NCBI GenBank assembly: GCA_036339735.1
Contig: JAYZAL010000104.1
Coordinates: forward strand, 32,001 to 96,000
Source of the DNA: Candidatus Poribacteria bacterium
GTDB lineage: Bacteria > Poribacteria > WGA-4E > UBA9662
Direction of reading: 5' to 3'
Length of the DNA: 64,000 nucleotides
Part shown: positions 21,731-35,229 of the stretch, in pieces
Layout of the letters: each line of letters opens with the position of its first letter
Position numbering within the stretch: position 1 is the stretch's first letter
Position numbers and translations under genes: made by a program
Notes under the pieces: model-generated
The model's database searches: none
What the model was told of the DNA's origin: nothing
What the model saw: the letters and a program-made list of their open reading frames with translations, nothing else

Positions 21731-22789
21731 TTGAGCCTTCCATACTTCAAACCCCTTGCTATTTCTCTATTGATTCACTTGCTTATATTATTTCTGATAA
21801 CAATATTTTATAGACCCAAGAAGTTTCCTATCATAGTAGATGAAATTTTGGCGGACATAATTGTTCAAAAGGATAAAAACAGAAGGCCATCACTAGTACG
21901 CCGATCCATCTTACCATCTGTAAAGACACCTAATTTTTCGTATATGGATAGTCGAACTCAGAAGAAGTCAGGCCTCCAACCAACCAAATCGGTCAATGAG
22001 ATTTCTTCAGTTTTACCCAAACATATTGTCAGTGATAACATATCTTGGTCAACTGTTTCGGATATTCCTCTTGGTACTAACCAGGCCAATACCAATATTA
22101 AAATTAGTGAGCAATCATCAAAACTACCCGAGCCTGTATTTGAAATTCGTAAAATTCAACCATCAGTTCCGGTATTTAGACGAAATCAACCTTATTTGTC
22201 CCTTGAAAAACCCTCGAGCGATTTGTCGTTGATGACCCCAGCTGATCTAGCTCTGATTAAAATTGCATATCATATTACTAGAATAGAAACACAAAAATTA
22301 GATTTAGTTTTCGTCATTGACGCCAGTCAAAGCATGAAGAATGATATTGAGTCAGTTCGTTTGCACTTAGGTCGAATGACTGACCATTTCGAACAAAAGG
22401 GGCTAGATTTCACAGTAGGTGTGGTTGCTTTTCGAAACAACCGTGGTTTCTCAATTATCGGTTGGGATTTTGAGATCACAGCTCAAACTCGATCCGTTAG
22501 AAAAATCGAAAAAGTTCTAGGACGTATCAAGTGTAAAGGAAGTGAAAAAGCTAAAGATGCTTTGATCAAAGCAGCCAAACAAGTTAGGTTTCGAGCAGGT
22601 GCTAGCCGGCGGTTTATATTACTGACAGACGAATATGCCAGTGGTCAATCCTCTACAAGAGAAGTAGTAGAATTCTTGAAAGAAAACCAGATTAACGTTG
22701 ACGTACTAGGTCGAGATGACCATTTTCAGCGTACAGTTAGCGAGCAATTAAATGGTATTTGGTTGCCTATATCTAGTTTGAGATATTAG
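21731..22789 (+). CDS. Membrane-anchored von Willebrand factor A domain protein
   Basis: N-terminal TM (SLLIHLLILF), low-complexity linker, DLVFVIDASQSM MIDAS motif, FILLTDE. Confidence 0.85.
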   Translation: MSLPYFKPLAISLLIHLLILFLITIFYRPKKFPIIVDEILADIIVQKDKNRRPSLVRRSILPSVKTPNFSYMDSRTQKKSGLQPTKSVNEISSVLPKHIVSDNISWSTVSDIPLGTNQANTNIKISEQSSKLPEPVFEIRKIQPSVPVFRRNQPYLSLEKPSSDLSLMTPADLALIKIAYHITRIETQKLDLVFVIDASQSMKNDIESVRLHLGRMTDHFEQKGLDFTVGVVAFRNNRGFSIIGWDFEITAQTRSVRKIEKVLGRIKCKGSEKAKDALIKAAKQVRFRAGASRRFILLTDEYASGQSSTREVVEFLKENQINVDVLGRDDHFQRTVSEQLNGIWLPISSLRY

Positions 22790-22884
22790 GATATCTTGGC
22801 AGGCAAGCTGAGGTCTGACAACCTCATTATTCATTGCTCATTTAGCTGCTAGTTTTGCAACAACTATCTCCTGTCAATTTTTTC

Positions 22885-22913
22885 TTGACCCCTAACTTAC
22901 CAGAAAGTATACT
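22885..22913 (+). promoter_or_regulatory. Predicted sigma70 promoter upstream of the intron relic and katG
   Basis: TTGACC, 17-nt spacer, TATACT. Confidence 0.55.
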
Positions 22914-22949
22914 CCAATTCTAGGAACAATTACCGATATTATTAGTATA

Positions 22950-25718
<2,769 letters not shown>

Positions 25719-25848
25719 TTCTCGATGGAATTCCGGAAGAAAACATTGGTAACAACCAATTCGGTGAGTTTTCTTTCTTATTCATGCATGCTAAACCAAT
25801 AAAGGGTTCTTTTTTGAACCTACATTCAGAATTAGTTACCTAGCTTAA

Positions 25849-25958
25849 AGATGCTAATAATGGCCCCGATCCTGACTGGCTGCGACTATTTTCTCTTTCT
25901 CGTTCTGTCTGCGTAATAGTAGTCGTCAGTTAGTGTGGTGAGGCCATTATTAGTATCT
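25849..25958 (+). ncRNA. Candidate structured RNA or long hairpin (unidentified)
   Basis: AGATGCTAATAATGGCC/GGCCATTATTAGTATCT outer stem, CTGACTGGC/GTCAGTTAG and ACTATT/AATAGT inner stems; G-U pairs favour the + strand; pyrimidine-rich loop. Confidence 0.4.
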
Positions 25959-26106
25959 AACTATCCCATCAACGTGCGATTGTTCCAATCCTATCGGTTT
26001 TCGGCAAGGAAGATGCTAAGTGCCTGGCGTCAGGAGTACGGTTGTCATAGGAACCATCAGGCTTAGCAAAAAGGTAGGAGATTTCTAGCCAACATCGATA
26101 CAGTAA

Positions 26107-26850
26107 CTAGTTAACTCTGTCCCCAGTACTACAACCAGCCAACATCAACCCTTGGCCGTGTCCTCCATCATGTTGGCCATTGATGCTTTTATCGGCAGGG
26201 TCATTTACCTGAATCAATACCGTTTTACGGATCTGTTTACTGTAGTTGATGTCGGAGCCATGAATGGTCAAATAGTGAAAAAACAAAACTTGACCTCGCT
26301 TGGCCGGGACAGCAGTAGCTTGGTCGATTGGGTAGTCGTCCGGGTCAAGGTAACGGCCCCGTTGGTTGAAGACGGGAAGATGTCCTAACTTATGGCTTTT
26401 AGGATAAATCTTCAGACAGCCCATCTCTTCGGTTGCGTCAGTGAGGTGAATAATGGCTGCCAATAGTGAGTCTTGCTCATGCTTCATCCAAGCTGCATCT
26501 TGGTGCATGGGAAACCCAATTCCTTTGCCCGTACCTTTATAGAACAATTTCGTATGGTGGAGTTGGACATTCGGTCCCATCAAATCCACCAAAGCCTTTA
26601 TCAGAGGTTCGTGGCTCAACATGAAGCGAGTCCAGTTAGAGTGGAAGCGTTGAACGTCATGTAGCCCGTAAACAGCCGCAGCTTCGGGCTCATTTTGCTT
26701 CCAATCGCCATGTGTGAAATCCCGCATTCGTCCTGGAATCGAAGCGTCATAAGCTTCTTCTAATTGATCAATCTGTTGTTGATTGTATAGACCATCTACC
26801 ATTAAATAACCATTTTGATGGAAAAATTCTACCTGTTTTTTGTCTAACAT
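26107..26850 (-). CDS. Phytanoyl-CoA dioxygenase (PhyH) family Fe(II)/2OG dioxygenase
   Basis: FFHQNGYL, MHQD, GCLKIYPKSHK, IHGSDIN...R. Confidence 0.9.
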   Translation of the reverse strand: MLDKKQVEFFHQNGYLMVDGLYNQQQIDQLEEAYDASIPGRMRDFTHGDWKQNEPEAAAVYGLHDVQRFHSNWTRFMLSHEPLIKALVDLMGPNVQLHHTKLFYKGTGKGIGFPMHQDAAWMKHEQDSLLAAIIHLTDATEEMGCLKIYPKSHKLGHLPVFNQRGRYLDPDDYPIDQATAVPAKRGQVLFFHYLTIHGSDINYSKQIRKTVLIQVNDPADKSINGQHDGGHGQGLMLAGCSTGDRVN

Positions 26851-27724
26851 CTTTATTTAATCTTTTAGGTTCAAAAACACTAAACCATATACGTTAGGAT
26901 TACAAAAAGCAAATTCACCTCTATGAAATAAGGAGCATAAAGAGCTTTGGTGCTGATTGGGAGTGTATCATTCCCGTAACATTAGAATGAATACAAAGCC
27001 GGATTTCCCTATTGGGATGAGGCCAGTAATGAATACCGAGTACTGCCTATCTATCATTGTCAAAAAACTTTCCATTGACTGCCGTTTCCTGTTGAATTCA
27101 CCCATCGGCAAAACTATTTTTTTCAAACTGGACGACTTTTTACATATTTTTACCACACTATTCTTACTATCTAGCTCAGCCGCTTTACCAATTCTTTCGT
27201 AACGTATTAGCTCTACCTAACATTTTCTGATTAGCATTCACTATAACTTATACCTTTTTCATTTTCTTCGAAAAGCAAACAAAAATCAGGGAATCCATTC
27301 TTATTTCAGTTTTTGTCTCTAATCTAATCCAATTTAGAGAAATAGTTAGAAGTGGCGCGAAAGCCTAATTTTCCTGAGCGTGAGCACCATTTTTTAATTT
27401 CTTTCTATTGCCCCATAGTGGCATCTGGCAATATAACCTTTTGGTTTCACTGGTAAACACCCGTCATTCGAACTAATAGGCCAAGCAGTTGTCGAAGAAG
27501 AGTTTAGTGACAACTTAAGCATTAGCGTTGTAAGTTGGGCAGGAACATCATATTCTGCTCAACGATAAAAAGCAATAAAAAAAGGAAAATATAATTATAA
27601 TGGTGCCTATCATAAGTTGGCTTTGGTAAGACTGAAAAAATTAATGAAATGGCCAAAAATTAAATTAAAGCTGTCCTTATACTTCACCAGTTGATAAAAT
27701 TGAAGGCAGAATACTGAGCACAAA

Positions 27725-28897
27725 ATGAACTTGGAGAATCTTTTTCAGAGCTGGGAAAAACAACTATCTATCTTAGATGGTGATGATTTGTTGCGGCGGT
27801 TACCAGAAATTGAGTCAGTAGCAACAGGAAAAATAAAAATGAACGGCAGGGAGATTATCCAGCTAGCCTCCAATAACTATCTTGGCTTGAACATTGAAAC
27901 AACAGTCATTGCTGCTGGACAAAGAGCCTTATCAGAATATGGAACAGGGGCTAGTGGTTCTAGATTGCTAAGTGGGAATCTGAATCTATACCAAAAGTTA
28001 GAAGATCAGATCTCCGGCTTGAAACAAACTGAAGCAACTCTGGTCTTTAGCACAGGATATCAAGCTAATTTAGGCTTGATATCGACGCTTTGTCAGGCTG
28101 GGGACCTAATTCTAAGTGATGCCCTTAATCATGCTAGCATAATCGATGGTTGTCGATTGAGTAAAGCAAATCGCCAAATTTACCGTCACTGCGATTTAGA
28201 TCACCTAAGCTATCACCTCTCTGAAACAACAGCAAGCAATCGACGCTGGATTATCACAGATGGTGTTTTTAGTATGGATGGAGATGTCGCCCCCCTACCA
28301 GAGATTTTGGAGCTTGCACATCGATGGGATGCTTATGTAATTGTCGATGATGCACATGGATTTGGCATTTTGGGAGCAGATGGTGGTGGAGCAACCTCTC
28401 ACTTTGGTCTCAAGGACGATAGAATAATTCATGTAGGAACATTGAGCAAGGCTGTTGCAGGTTTGGGAGGGTATGTGTCTGGAAAAAGAGTAATGATTGA
28501 TCTCCTAATTAATCGCTGTCGACCATTTATTTTCACGACAGGTTTACCTCCATCAGTTATTGCTGCAGCGACTAAAGCTATTGAGTTAATTACGACTCAG
28601 CCTGAACGCAGACAACGTTTGCTTAGCCATGCTAACTACTTGCGTGTGCAATTAAGTCAGCTTGGATTTTCAGTACCGTTCGGTGAGACACAAATTCTAC
28701 CGGTAATAGTTGGCAACTCTTTTCAAACGAAGCAACTTGCTGATCAATTACTTGAGTTGGGGGTTTTTGCACCAGCTATTCGCCCTCCAACGGTACCTCC
28801 AAATACGGCACGCCTACGCCTTTGTCCAATTGCAACGCATACTCAACATGAAATAAAGTTGGTGGTTGAGGCTTTTGCTACTTGTCTTGAAAAATAA
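27725..28897 (+). CDS. bioF: 8-amino-7-oxononanoate synthase
   Basis: SNNYLGL, GASGSRLLSG, DALNHASIIDG, DDAHG, GTLSKA, IRPPTVP. Confidence 0.93.
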   Translation: MNLENLFQSWEKQLSILDGDDLLRRLPEIESVATGKIKMNGREIIQLASNNYLGLNIETTVIAAGQRALSEYGTGASGSRLLSGNLNLYQKLEDQISGLKQTEATLVFSTGYQANLGLISTLCQAGDLILSDALNHASIIDGCRLSKANRQIYRHCDLDHLSYHLSETTASNRRWIITDGVFSMDGDVAPLPEILELAHRWDAYVIVDDAHGFGILGADGGGATSHFGLKDDRIIHVGTLSKAVAGLGGYVSGKRVMIDLLINRCRPFIFTTGLPPSVIAAATKAIELITTQPERRQRLLSHANYLRVQLSQLGFSVPFGETQILPVIVGNSFQTKQLADQLLELGVFAPAIRPPTVPPNTARLRLCPIATHTQHEIKLVVEAFATCLEK

Positions 28898-28926
28898 CAA
28901 ACTAATAACTGAGGGTAGACAATACA

Positions 28927-29820
28927 GTGTCTGAAACTTCTTTCAAATCTGGATATGTTAGTATAATTGGTGAACCCAATGTAGGAAAATCAACTCTGCT
29001 GAATGCAATACTCGGTGAGAAACTGGCCATTGTAACGCCAAAACCCCAAACAACACGTAACCAAATTCGGGGCATTCTTTCTGGAGAAAATTACCAAATT
29101 GTTTTCTTAGACACACCTGGTATTTTGGCTCCCAAGTACGAGTTGCACGACTGGATGGTTAGAACAGCTTATGCTGCTATACAAGATGCCGATCTCGTCC
29201 TTTATTTGGCCGATGTAACAAAACCATTACCCAAAGCAGAAACGAGAATACTTGATCGCATCCATCAAGCTAATCAGCAAACAATATTGGTACTAAATAA
29301 AATTGATCGAATTGATAAACCGCATCTCCTTCCAATCATTGAAGATTACAACCAGCGTTTTGAATTTGTGGATGTTATACCTATTTCAGCTCTGAAAGAG
29401 GATGGAATTGACAGGTTAAAAAAGTCTGTTTTGAGTCTCATTTCTGAAGGGCCAGAGTATTTTCCCGCTGACCAAATAAGCGACTTGCCACAGCGGTTTT
29501 TCATTTCCGAAACTATTCGAGAAAAAGTTTTTTTACAAACAAAGCAGGAAATACCATATTCCACTAGTGTTGTAGTCGAAGAGTTTATTGAAAGAAATAA
29601 GAAGAAGTGGTACATTCGTTCTATTATCTACGTCGAACGAGAATCCCAACGTCGAGTTCTAATTGGAAAAGGAGGGCAAATGGTTCGGAAAATCGGGCAA
29701 TTAGCACGAGTAGAAATAGAACACTTCCTAGACCAGTCAATCTTTTTAGAACTTCATGTGTTAGTAAAATCTGATTGGCGAAGAGACCCTAGAAAAATGC
29801 GCGATTTGGGTTATGCTTAG
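28927..29820 (+). CDS. era: GTPase Era
   Basis: GEPNVGKSTL, PQTTR, DTPG, NKID, KH domain EIPYS...IGKGG. Confidence 0.98.
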   Translation: MSETSFKSGYVSIIGEPNVGKSTLLNAILGEKLAIVTPKPQTTRNQIRGILSGENYQIVFLDTPGILAPKYELHDWMVRTAYAAIQDADLVLYLADVTKPLPKAETRILDRIHQANQQTILVLNKIDRIDKPHLLPIIEDYNQRFEFVDVIPISALKEDGIDRLKKSVLSLISEGPEYFPADQISDLPQRFFISETIREKVFLQTKQEIPYSTSVVVEEFIERNKKKWYIRSIIYVERESQRRVLIGKGGQMVRKIGQLARVEIEHFLDQSIFLELHVLVKSDWRRDPRKMRDLGYA

Positions 29821-30000
29821 GATAAAAACAGATTTTTTGGCCTGATCATAGGACGGGGAATAAGAAAAAGAAGCAAATATTCCTTATCTTATAATATAGT
29901 TTATCCGAAAAAACTAATTATTATGAACTAAGACAATAACAAATCACTCTATATCGAGTTCCTGATACTGTTATTCGTCTCAGACCCATCTGTCATTACT

Positions 30001-30627
30001 TTAAATGTTTGGGTCCTGTACGCGGTAGAATTTGCTTTGAATAAACTCTACTACAACTGGTGGGACCATTTCAATCAACCGTTTTTTATCAATTCTAGGA
30101 TTAGACATTAACGCAACTTCCATAGCCAGTGTGGAACTGATATGTGTATGTGCCAAGTCAGACATCATGAATAGAGTGTCTACTTCGGGAGCAATCTGCC
30201 GGTTCATACGTGCCATCTGAAATTCTCGCTCGAAATCTGAAAACTCTCGCAAGCCACGAATGATCGTTTGGGCTCCACAATTAATTGCGTATTGAGCGGT
30301 GAGTCCCTCATAAGGCGCAATGGAAACAATTGGGTAAGGTTGAATCACGGATTTAAGCATCTCGACTCGTTCTTCTAAGCTAAATCGAGCCTCTTTACCC
30401 GGATTAATGCCTATAGCTACAATCAACTGGTCGAACAAACTTAAACTACAAGCTCGATCTATCAAGTCTATATGACCATTAGTAATTGGGTCAAAACTAC
30501 CCGGGAAAACGGCAATTTTCGGTAATTCATGTAGTAACGGATCTTTGAACAAGTGGTGTACCTTTTCTGAACTAGTTCTGGTAAAACTAGTAGATGCCAT
30601 GAAATTAGATCCTAGCACATCTATCAA
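30001..30627 (-). CDS. coaD: Pantetheine-phosphate adenylyltransferase
   Basis: FPGSFDPITNGHID, IIRGLR, ISST; true start may lie downstream. Confidence 0.95.
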   Translation of the reverse strand: MIDVLGSNFMASTSFTRTSSEKVHHLFKDPLLHELPKIAVFPGSFDPITNGHIDLIDRACSLSLFDQLIVAIGINPGKEARFSLEERVEMLKSVIQPYPIVSIAPYEGLTAQYAINCGAQTIIRGLREFSDFEREFQMARMNRQIAPEVDTLFMMSDLAHTHISSTLAMEVALMSNPRIDKKRLIEMVPPVVVEFIQSKFYRVQDPNI

Positions 30628-30671
30628 GTTTTAGGAAAGTTATTATACTCTCAAGAAGCAATGGGGAAAAA

Positions 30672-31889
30672 ATGGCGAAAATAAAATCTATTGATTGTAT
30701 TCGGACAAGACGAAGCGGCATGTGGACTATTGTCAAGGTTTTAACAGATCAACCAGGATTATATGGTATAGGATCAGCCAGCGATGTCAACCATCCAGAA
30801 ACTGTTATTCAAGCGGTTGAAACTATTAAACCAACGATAATCGGGCGAACCGTTGATCAAATTGAGGATATTTGGCAGTGCGTGCATACCAGTGGTTATT
30901 GGCGTAACGGCTCAATCCTGAATACAGCCTTAGGTGGTATTGACGTAGCTTTATGGGATATTAAGGGAAAAGTCGCAGGCTTGCCACTCTACCAACTACT
31001 AGGTGGAAAATGCCGTTCCGCAGTTCCTTGTTACGGGCACGCAGGTGGCTCAGAGTTGCCAGAACTGGAAGACGAGATTCGACGGTTTATGGAAGAAGGC
31101 TATCAGGTCATTAGGTGTCAGTTGGGCGGATATGGTGGAGGTGGTTTTTCGCCAGCAGATCAGTCTCCTCAACCTGAACCTCCTTGGTCTGTCGGACGAA
31201 ATGTATTCGATGATGAAGCCTATTTGGAAAAAATCCCCCAAATGTTTGATTATCTGCGTCAGAAATTAGGATTTGGCGTCAAATTGACACATGATGTCCA
31301 TGAGCATTTACGACCACAAAGTGCAGTCCAATTATCGAAACTACTAGAGCCGTATAGGCTTTTTTTTCTAGAAGATGTTCTACCACCTGAGCATATCCAA
31401 TGGTTTCGCTTGATTCGAGACCAATGCACAACGCCGCAAGCTATGGGTGAGTTATTTACAAACCCCCATGAATGGATGCCATTAGTAACTGAGCGCCTGA
31501 TTGATTTTGTTCGAGTTCGCATTTCAAAAGGTGCAGGTATCACCCAGTGTCGAAAAATTGCTGTGTTGTGTGAATGGTTCGGTGTACAAACAGCTTGGCA
31601 AGAAGGCGGTGACAATGATCCTGTTAATCAGATGGCGGCTTGTCATCTGGATTTATCCAGTCCAAGTTTTGGTATTCAAGAAGAAAATCATTTTAGCTCA
31701 GAGGAACTCGCAGCCTTCCCTGGTCATGGAACTATTAAGAATGGGTATCTATATGCTAATGATAAACCTGGTCTTGGTATCGACATTGATGAAGACCAAG
31801 CCAAATCTTTACTAGATCCAGACGAATCTAATCGCCACCGATATTTCATACCAGATCGGCGACCTGATGGTACTGCTGTTCGACCATAG
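30672..31889 (+). CDS. Enolase-superfamily acid-sugar dehydratase (RspA/ManD-like)
   Basis: YWRNG, DVALWDIKGK, HDVHE, FFLED, MGEL, FGIQE, PGLGIDIDE. Confidence 0.88.
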   Translation: MAKIKSIDCIRTRRSGMWTIVKVLTDQPGLYGIGSASDVNHPETVIQAVETIKPTIIGRTVDQIEDIWQCVHTSGYWRNGSILNTALGGIDVALWDIKGKVAGLPLYQLLGGKCRSAVPCYGHAGGSELPELEDEIRRFMEEGYQVIRCQLGGYGGGGFSPADQSPQPEPPWSVGRNVFDDEAYLEKIPQMFDYLRQKLGFGVKLTHDVHEHLRPQSAVQLSKLLEPYRLFFLEDVLPPEHIQWFRLIRDQCTTPQAMGELFTNPHEWMPLVTERLIDFVRVRISKGAGITQCRKIAVLCEWFGVQTAWQEGGDNDPVNQMAACHLDLSSPSFGIQEENHFSSEELAAFPGHGTIKNGYLYANDKPGLGIDIDEDQAKSLLDPDESNRHRYFIPDRRPDGTAVRP

Positions 31890-32099
31890 AAAGAATTCCA
31901 CATAGAAAAAAGCACTTAAAAATATCACCTAAGAACGTAAATAATATGATGCAACCACGCCAAAATAGGCCGCGTATTGAAAAAATCGCTAATGGTATAG
32001 ACAAACGATCGAAATTAGACTAGCATGGCTAACCTATTTCTTAAAAGGATAGAATATTTATGGCCAAATTCATTATTTTGAAAATTACTAAGCCCCACC

Positions 32100-33161
32100 A
32101 TGATGAAAAATAGAGTCTACATAGCTGGAATTAAAAGTGTATTTCCTCAGGCTTACCCGTCAGATCAGGCTGTAGATTTACTTTATCCTGTTCATAAAGC
32201 TGGTAAAAGATTGAACCAATATGCCAAGAAGGTTGCCAAATTTATTGGCATAGAAAAACGTTTTTCAGTCCTCGACGAAGAAAGTTTTCCTACAAGAAAA
32301 CTTTCTCATCCGACCTATCATCCCTTACATTGGGGTACGAAGATCTTAGAACAAATTTCAGATAGAATTGATCTAAAAGAAATTGGATTTGTTAGTGTTT
32401 CTTACAATATTACTTCACATATCAACGTACTACCCAATTTGGCTTGTCAGCTAACGTACGAAACTAACCTTGAACTTGATCAAATGCCAGAAGAAATTGC
32501 TTATTATGGTTGTGCGGGCGGATTATTTTCTCTGAAGTCAGCAGTTGAATATTGCGTGCAAAACAGAAAAGCAGCTTATATCTACAACTTCGACCAGTGC
32601 TCGTGGATTGCAAACCCTATATTTGATCAAAAACACCCAGACTTTAAAGTTAACTTGATATCTTCCCTGTTATTTTCAGATGCTGGTGTTGGAATTCTTG
32701 TCATACCAGAAAATATGAAACATCGTTTTCAACAACCATTAATGGAAATTGTTGATTACCAAACTGATTTTCAGTTAGGAACGGCTGTTGGCATGAGAGA
32801 TGGGTATTTAACCCTAGGTGAAGAAATAAAAAATAACATGCCCGACATCATCTCTGAAAAACTTATCAAACCAATTCTAAAGAATAATAATTTGGCTGTA
32901 AATCAAGTTCAGGACTGGAGTTTACATCAAGGTGGACTTCCGATTCTGCAGTCGTTTACTGACGAAAAAAATTTAAATCTTACTAATGAGCAAATAAAAC
33001 GCTCCAAGCAGATGTTTCAAAAACACGGAAATCTCAGTTCGCCAAGTGCTTTCGTCGTTCTAGAATCGTTTTTTCGACAACCTAGTACGAACTCTTCTTA
33101 TGGGATAATAGCTAGTTTTGGTGCTGGGTATTATCTGGGTACGTTTCTGTATCGGTGTTAA
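32100..33161 (+). CDS. Type III polyketide synthase (chalcone/stilbene synthase-like)
   Basis: Cys-His-Asn triad contexts YYGCAGG, LHQGG, HGNLSS; LFSDAG; SFGAG. Confidence 0.82.
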   Translation: MMKNRVYIAGIKSVFPQAYPSDQAVDLLYPVHKAGKRLNQYAKKVAKFIGIEKRFSVLDEESFPTRKLSHPTYHPLHWGTKILEQISDRIDLKEIGFVSVSYNITSHINVLPNLACQLTYETNLELDQMPEEIAYYGCAGGLFSLKSAVEYCVQNRKAAYIYNFDQCSWIANPIFDQKHPDFKVNLISSLLFSDAGVGILVIPENMKHRFQQPLMEIVDYQTDFQLGTAVGMRDGYLTLGEEIKNNMPDIISEKLIKPILKNNNLAVNQVQDWSLHQGGLPILQSFTDEKNLNLTNEQIKRSKQMFQKHGNLSSPSAFVVLESFFRQPSTNSSYGIIASFGAGYYLGTFLYRC

Positions 33162-33181
33162 TCTAGGTATCTATTTTTGAC

Positions 33182-34216
33182 ATGAAAAGATCAAAGAGAC
33201 TATTCAAGTTTACGCTCTCGAAAATTATCAGGTACCTTGTTTGGGGCTTTATCTCTTCCACGCTTCTACTGGACAAGTTGTTTCGTAAACCGTGGAAAGT
33301 TAAAAAACCGATTTTTATCGTTGGACATTTACGAAGCGGTACAACTTTCCTTCATCGATTTATGTGTGATAATTGTGTAGAGTTGAACGGAATGAGACTC
33401 TTGGATATGCTTTGCCCATCGATTACTGCACAAAAGATACTAGCACCACTAACTCCTCTTCTTAATAAAATATCGCTTGACCATATTTACAATCCCAAAA
33501 TACATAGAACCCAACTTTCATTACCCGAAACTGACGATATTGCTATTCACTTCAGGTATGGTGAGGGGATTCTTTCTTGGGTTTATTTCAACTCATGGCA
33601 AAAATATTCTTCAATAGAAGATTTACAAAATAGCGTGTTTCAATCAGCAAATCAGGAAAAATTTATTCACTACCTCCACTTAATTCATCGTCATAGAATT
33701 CACGAATCTTCTCAGAGAATGATATCCAAATCTTTTTTCGCAATATTCAATATTGAAACAATCTTGAAAACCTTTCCAGAGGCCAAAATTGTTGTTTTAT
33801 TACGAAATCCACTGCAAGCTGTACCATCGCTAATGTCTCTAGAAAAAAATGTGCAAACAAAACTATACGATTTTGATAGCCAAGATGAAAACGACAAAGC
33901 TCGATTCTTTCAGAATTTGTATTCTATGTCTATGTTCTATTACCAGTATTTGGCCAAGGTTATTTCTGATCATCAATACAGGAGCAACCTGACTTTAGTT
34001 ACATATGATGATCTAAAAGATAATTTTAAAGATACTATACTTAGAATTATGGACCACTGCGACTTGGAAAGTGGACGTGGCGTATTACAAGCCATCGAAG
34101 CGCAAATGCATCAACAAGCTAATTATACTACTGAACATAAATACCAATTGGTAGATTTTGGCCTAAATACAGAGCAACTCCAAAAAGATTTTGATTTTAT
34201 TTATCCCTGGTTATAG
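33182..34216 (+). CDS. PAPS-dependent sulfotransferase (Sulfotransfer_3/Stf-like)
   Basis: PIFIVGHLRSGTTFLH 5'-PSB loop, FPEAKIVVLLRNP...S 3'-PB motif, VTYDDL. Confidence 0.88.
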   Translation: MKRSKRLFKFTLSKIIRYLVWGFISSTLLLDKLFRKPWKVKKPIFIVGHLRSGTTFLHRFMCDNCVELNGMRLLDMLCPSITAQKILAPLTPLLNKISLDHIYNPKIHRTQLSLPETDDIAIHFRYGEGILSWVYFNSWQKYSSIEDLQNSVFQSANQEKFIHYLHLIHRHRIHESSQRMISKSFFAIFNIETILKTFPEAKIVVLLRNPLQAVPSLMSLEKNVQTKLYDFDSQDENDKARFFQNLYSMSMFYYQYLAKVISDHQYRSNLTLVTYDDLKDNFKDTILRIMDHCDLESGRGVLQAIEAQMHQQANYTTEHKYQLVDFGLNTEQLQKDFDFIYPWL

Positions 34217-34417
34217 AGTGATGCTCATACGAATTCTTCACATTGACAGTTATATTTTATAAATAACACTGATGTTAATAATGGTGATACCGATAATATT
34301 TAGGATTAATGTTGTATAATAGTCCTTGATCTTAGAACAGAGATAATAATCTAGTTGATTTTGCCCGAATGGAGCGACTTTGCTAGATTCCATTTCATGA
34401 CGAACAAGGAAAATATA

Positions 34418-35221
34418 ATGTCTGAGGACACAAAAATCGCTTTCGTAGCCGGAAGGGCTAGCCATGGTAGTGGGGCCCATGAACACCCTGGTGGATGTCA
34501 GTTTCTAGCTGACATGATAAACCGACATGTAGAAGGTGTTGAAGCCGAGGTTCATTTGTCTTGGCCAACTGACAGAACTGCCTTTGACGATATTTCAGCT
34601 CTTGCAATCTACTCAGATGGTGGACAAGGTCATCCTATCTTGCCTCATTTAGAACAAGTCTCAGACCTGGCCAAAAGAGGAACAGGTCTGGTAATGATGC
34701 ATTATGCTATTGAAGTACCCAAAGGAGACGCCGGTGACCACTTTGTTACATGGGTCGGTGGATACTTCGAGACACATTATTCAGTTAATCCACATTGGAT
34801 AGCAGAGTTTACAGATTATCCGGACCATCCGATTGCCCATGGTTTAAAGCCATTTGAAATGGATGATGAGTGGTACTATCATATGCGCTTTAGCGATGAT
34901 ATGAAAGGTGTGACCCCCATCTTGAGTTCGATAGCACCAGAATCAACACTCACTCGTCCTGACGGACCACATAGTGGGAATCCGCACGTCAGGTCATCCG
35001 TCGCTAAAGGTGAAGCCCAGCACCTGGGATGGTGCATCGAAAGGCCAGATGGAGGACGTGGGGTAGGTTTTACAGGCGGACACTACCACAAAAATTGGGG
35101 GCATGAACAGATGCGCAAGTTTATGCTCAACTCAATTCTTTGGGCTGCAAAAGTCGATATTCCAGTGGAAGGTATTGAAACTCCTGAACCGACAGCTGAA
35201 GAGCTCGACACCTATATCTAA
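34418..35221 (+). CDS. ThuA-like domain protein
   Basis: AGRASHGSGAHEH, YSDGG, DEWYY, GRGVGFTGGHYHKNW; ATG at 34418 after AAGGA. Confidence 0.85.
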   Translation: MSEDTKIAFVAGRASHGSGAHEHPGGCQFLADMINRHVEGVEAEVHLSWPTDRTAFDDISALAIYSDGGQGHPILPHLEQVSDLAKRGTGLVMMHYAIEVPKGDAGDHFVTWVGGYFETHYSVNPHWIAEFTDYPDHPIAHGLKPFEMDDEWYYHMRFSDDMKGVTPILSSIAPESTLTRPDGPHSGNPHVRSSVAKGEAQHLGWCIERPDGGRGVGFTGGHYHKNWGHEQMRKFMLNSILWAAKVDIPVEGIETPEPTAEELDTYI

Positions 35222-35229
35222 AAGCCTAA

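Noticed and set aside
25849-25960. Hairpin as an integron attC site
   Set aside because: No properly placed RYYYAAC/GTTRRRY pair, no cassette array and no integrase
26900-27613. Fragments LIRYEK and AVLGIHYWPHPN (minus strand) suggesting a porin-like pseudogene
   Set aside because: Too short and broken to assign as a feature; mentioned only as weak support for erosion
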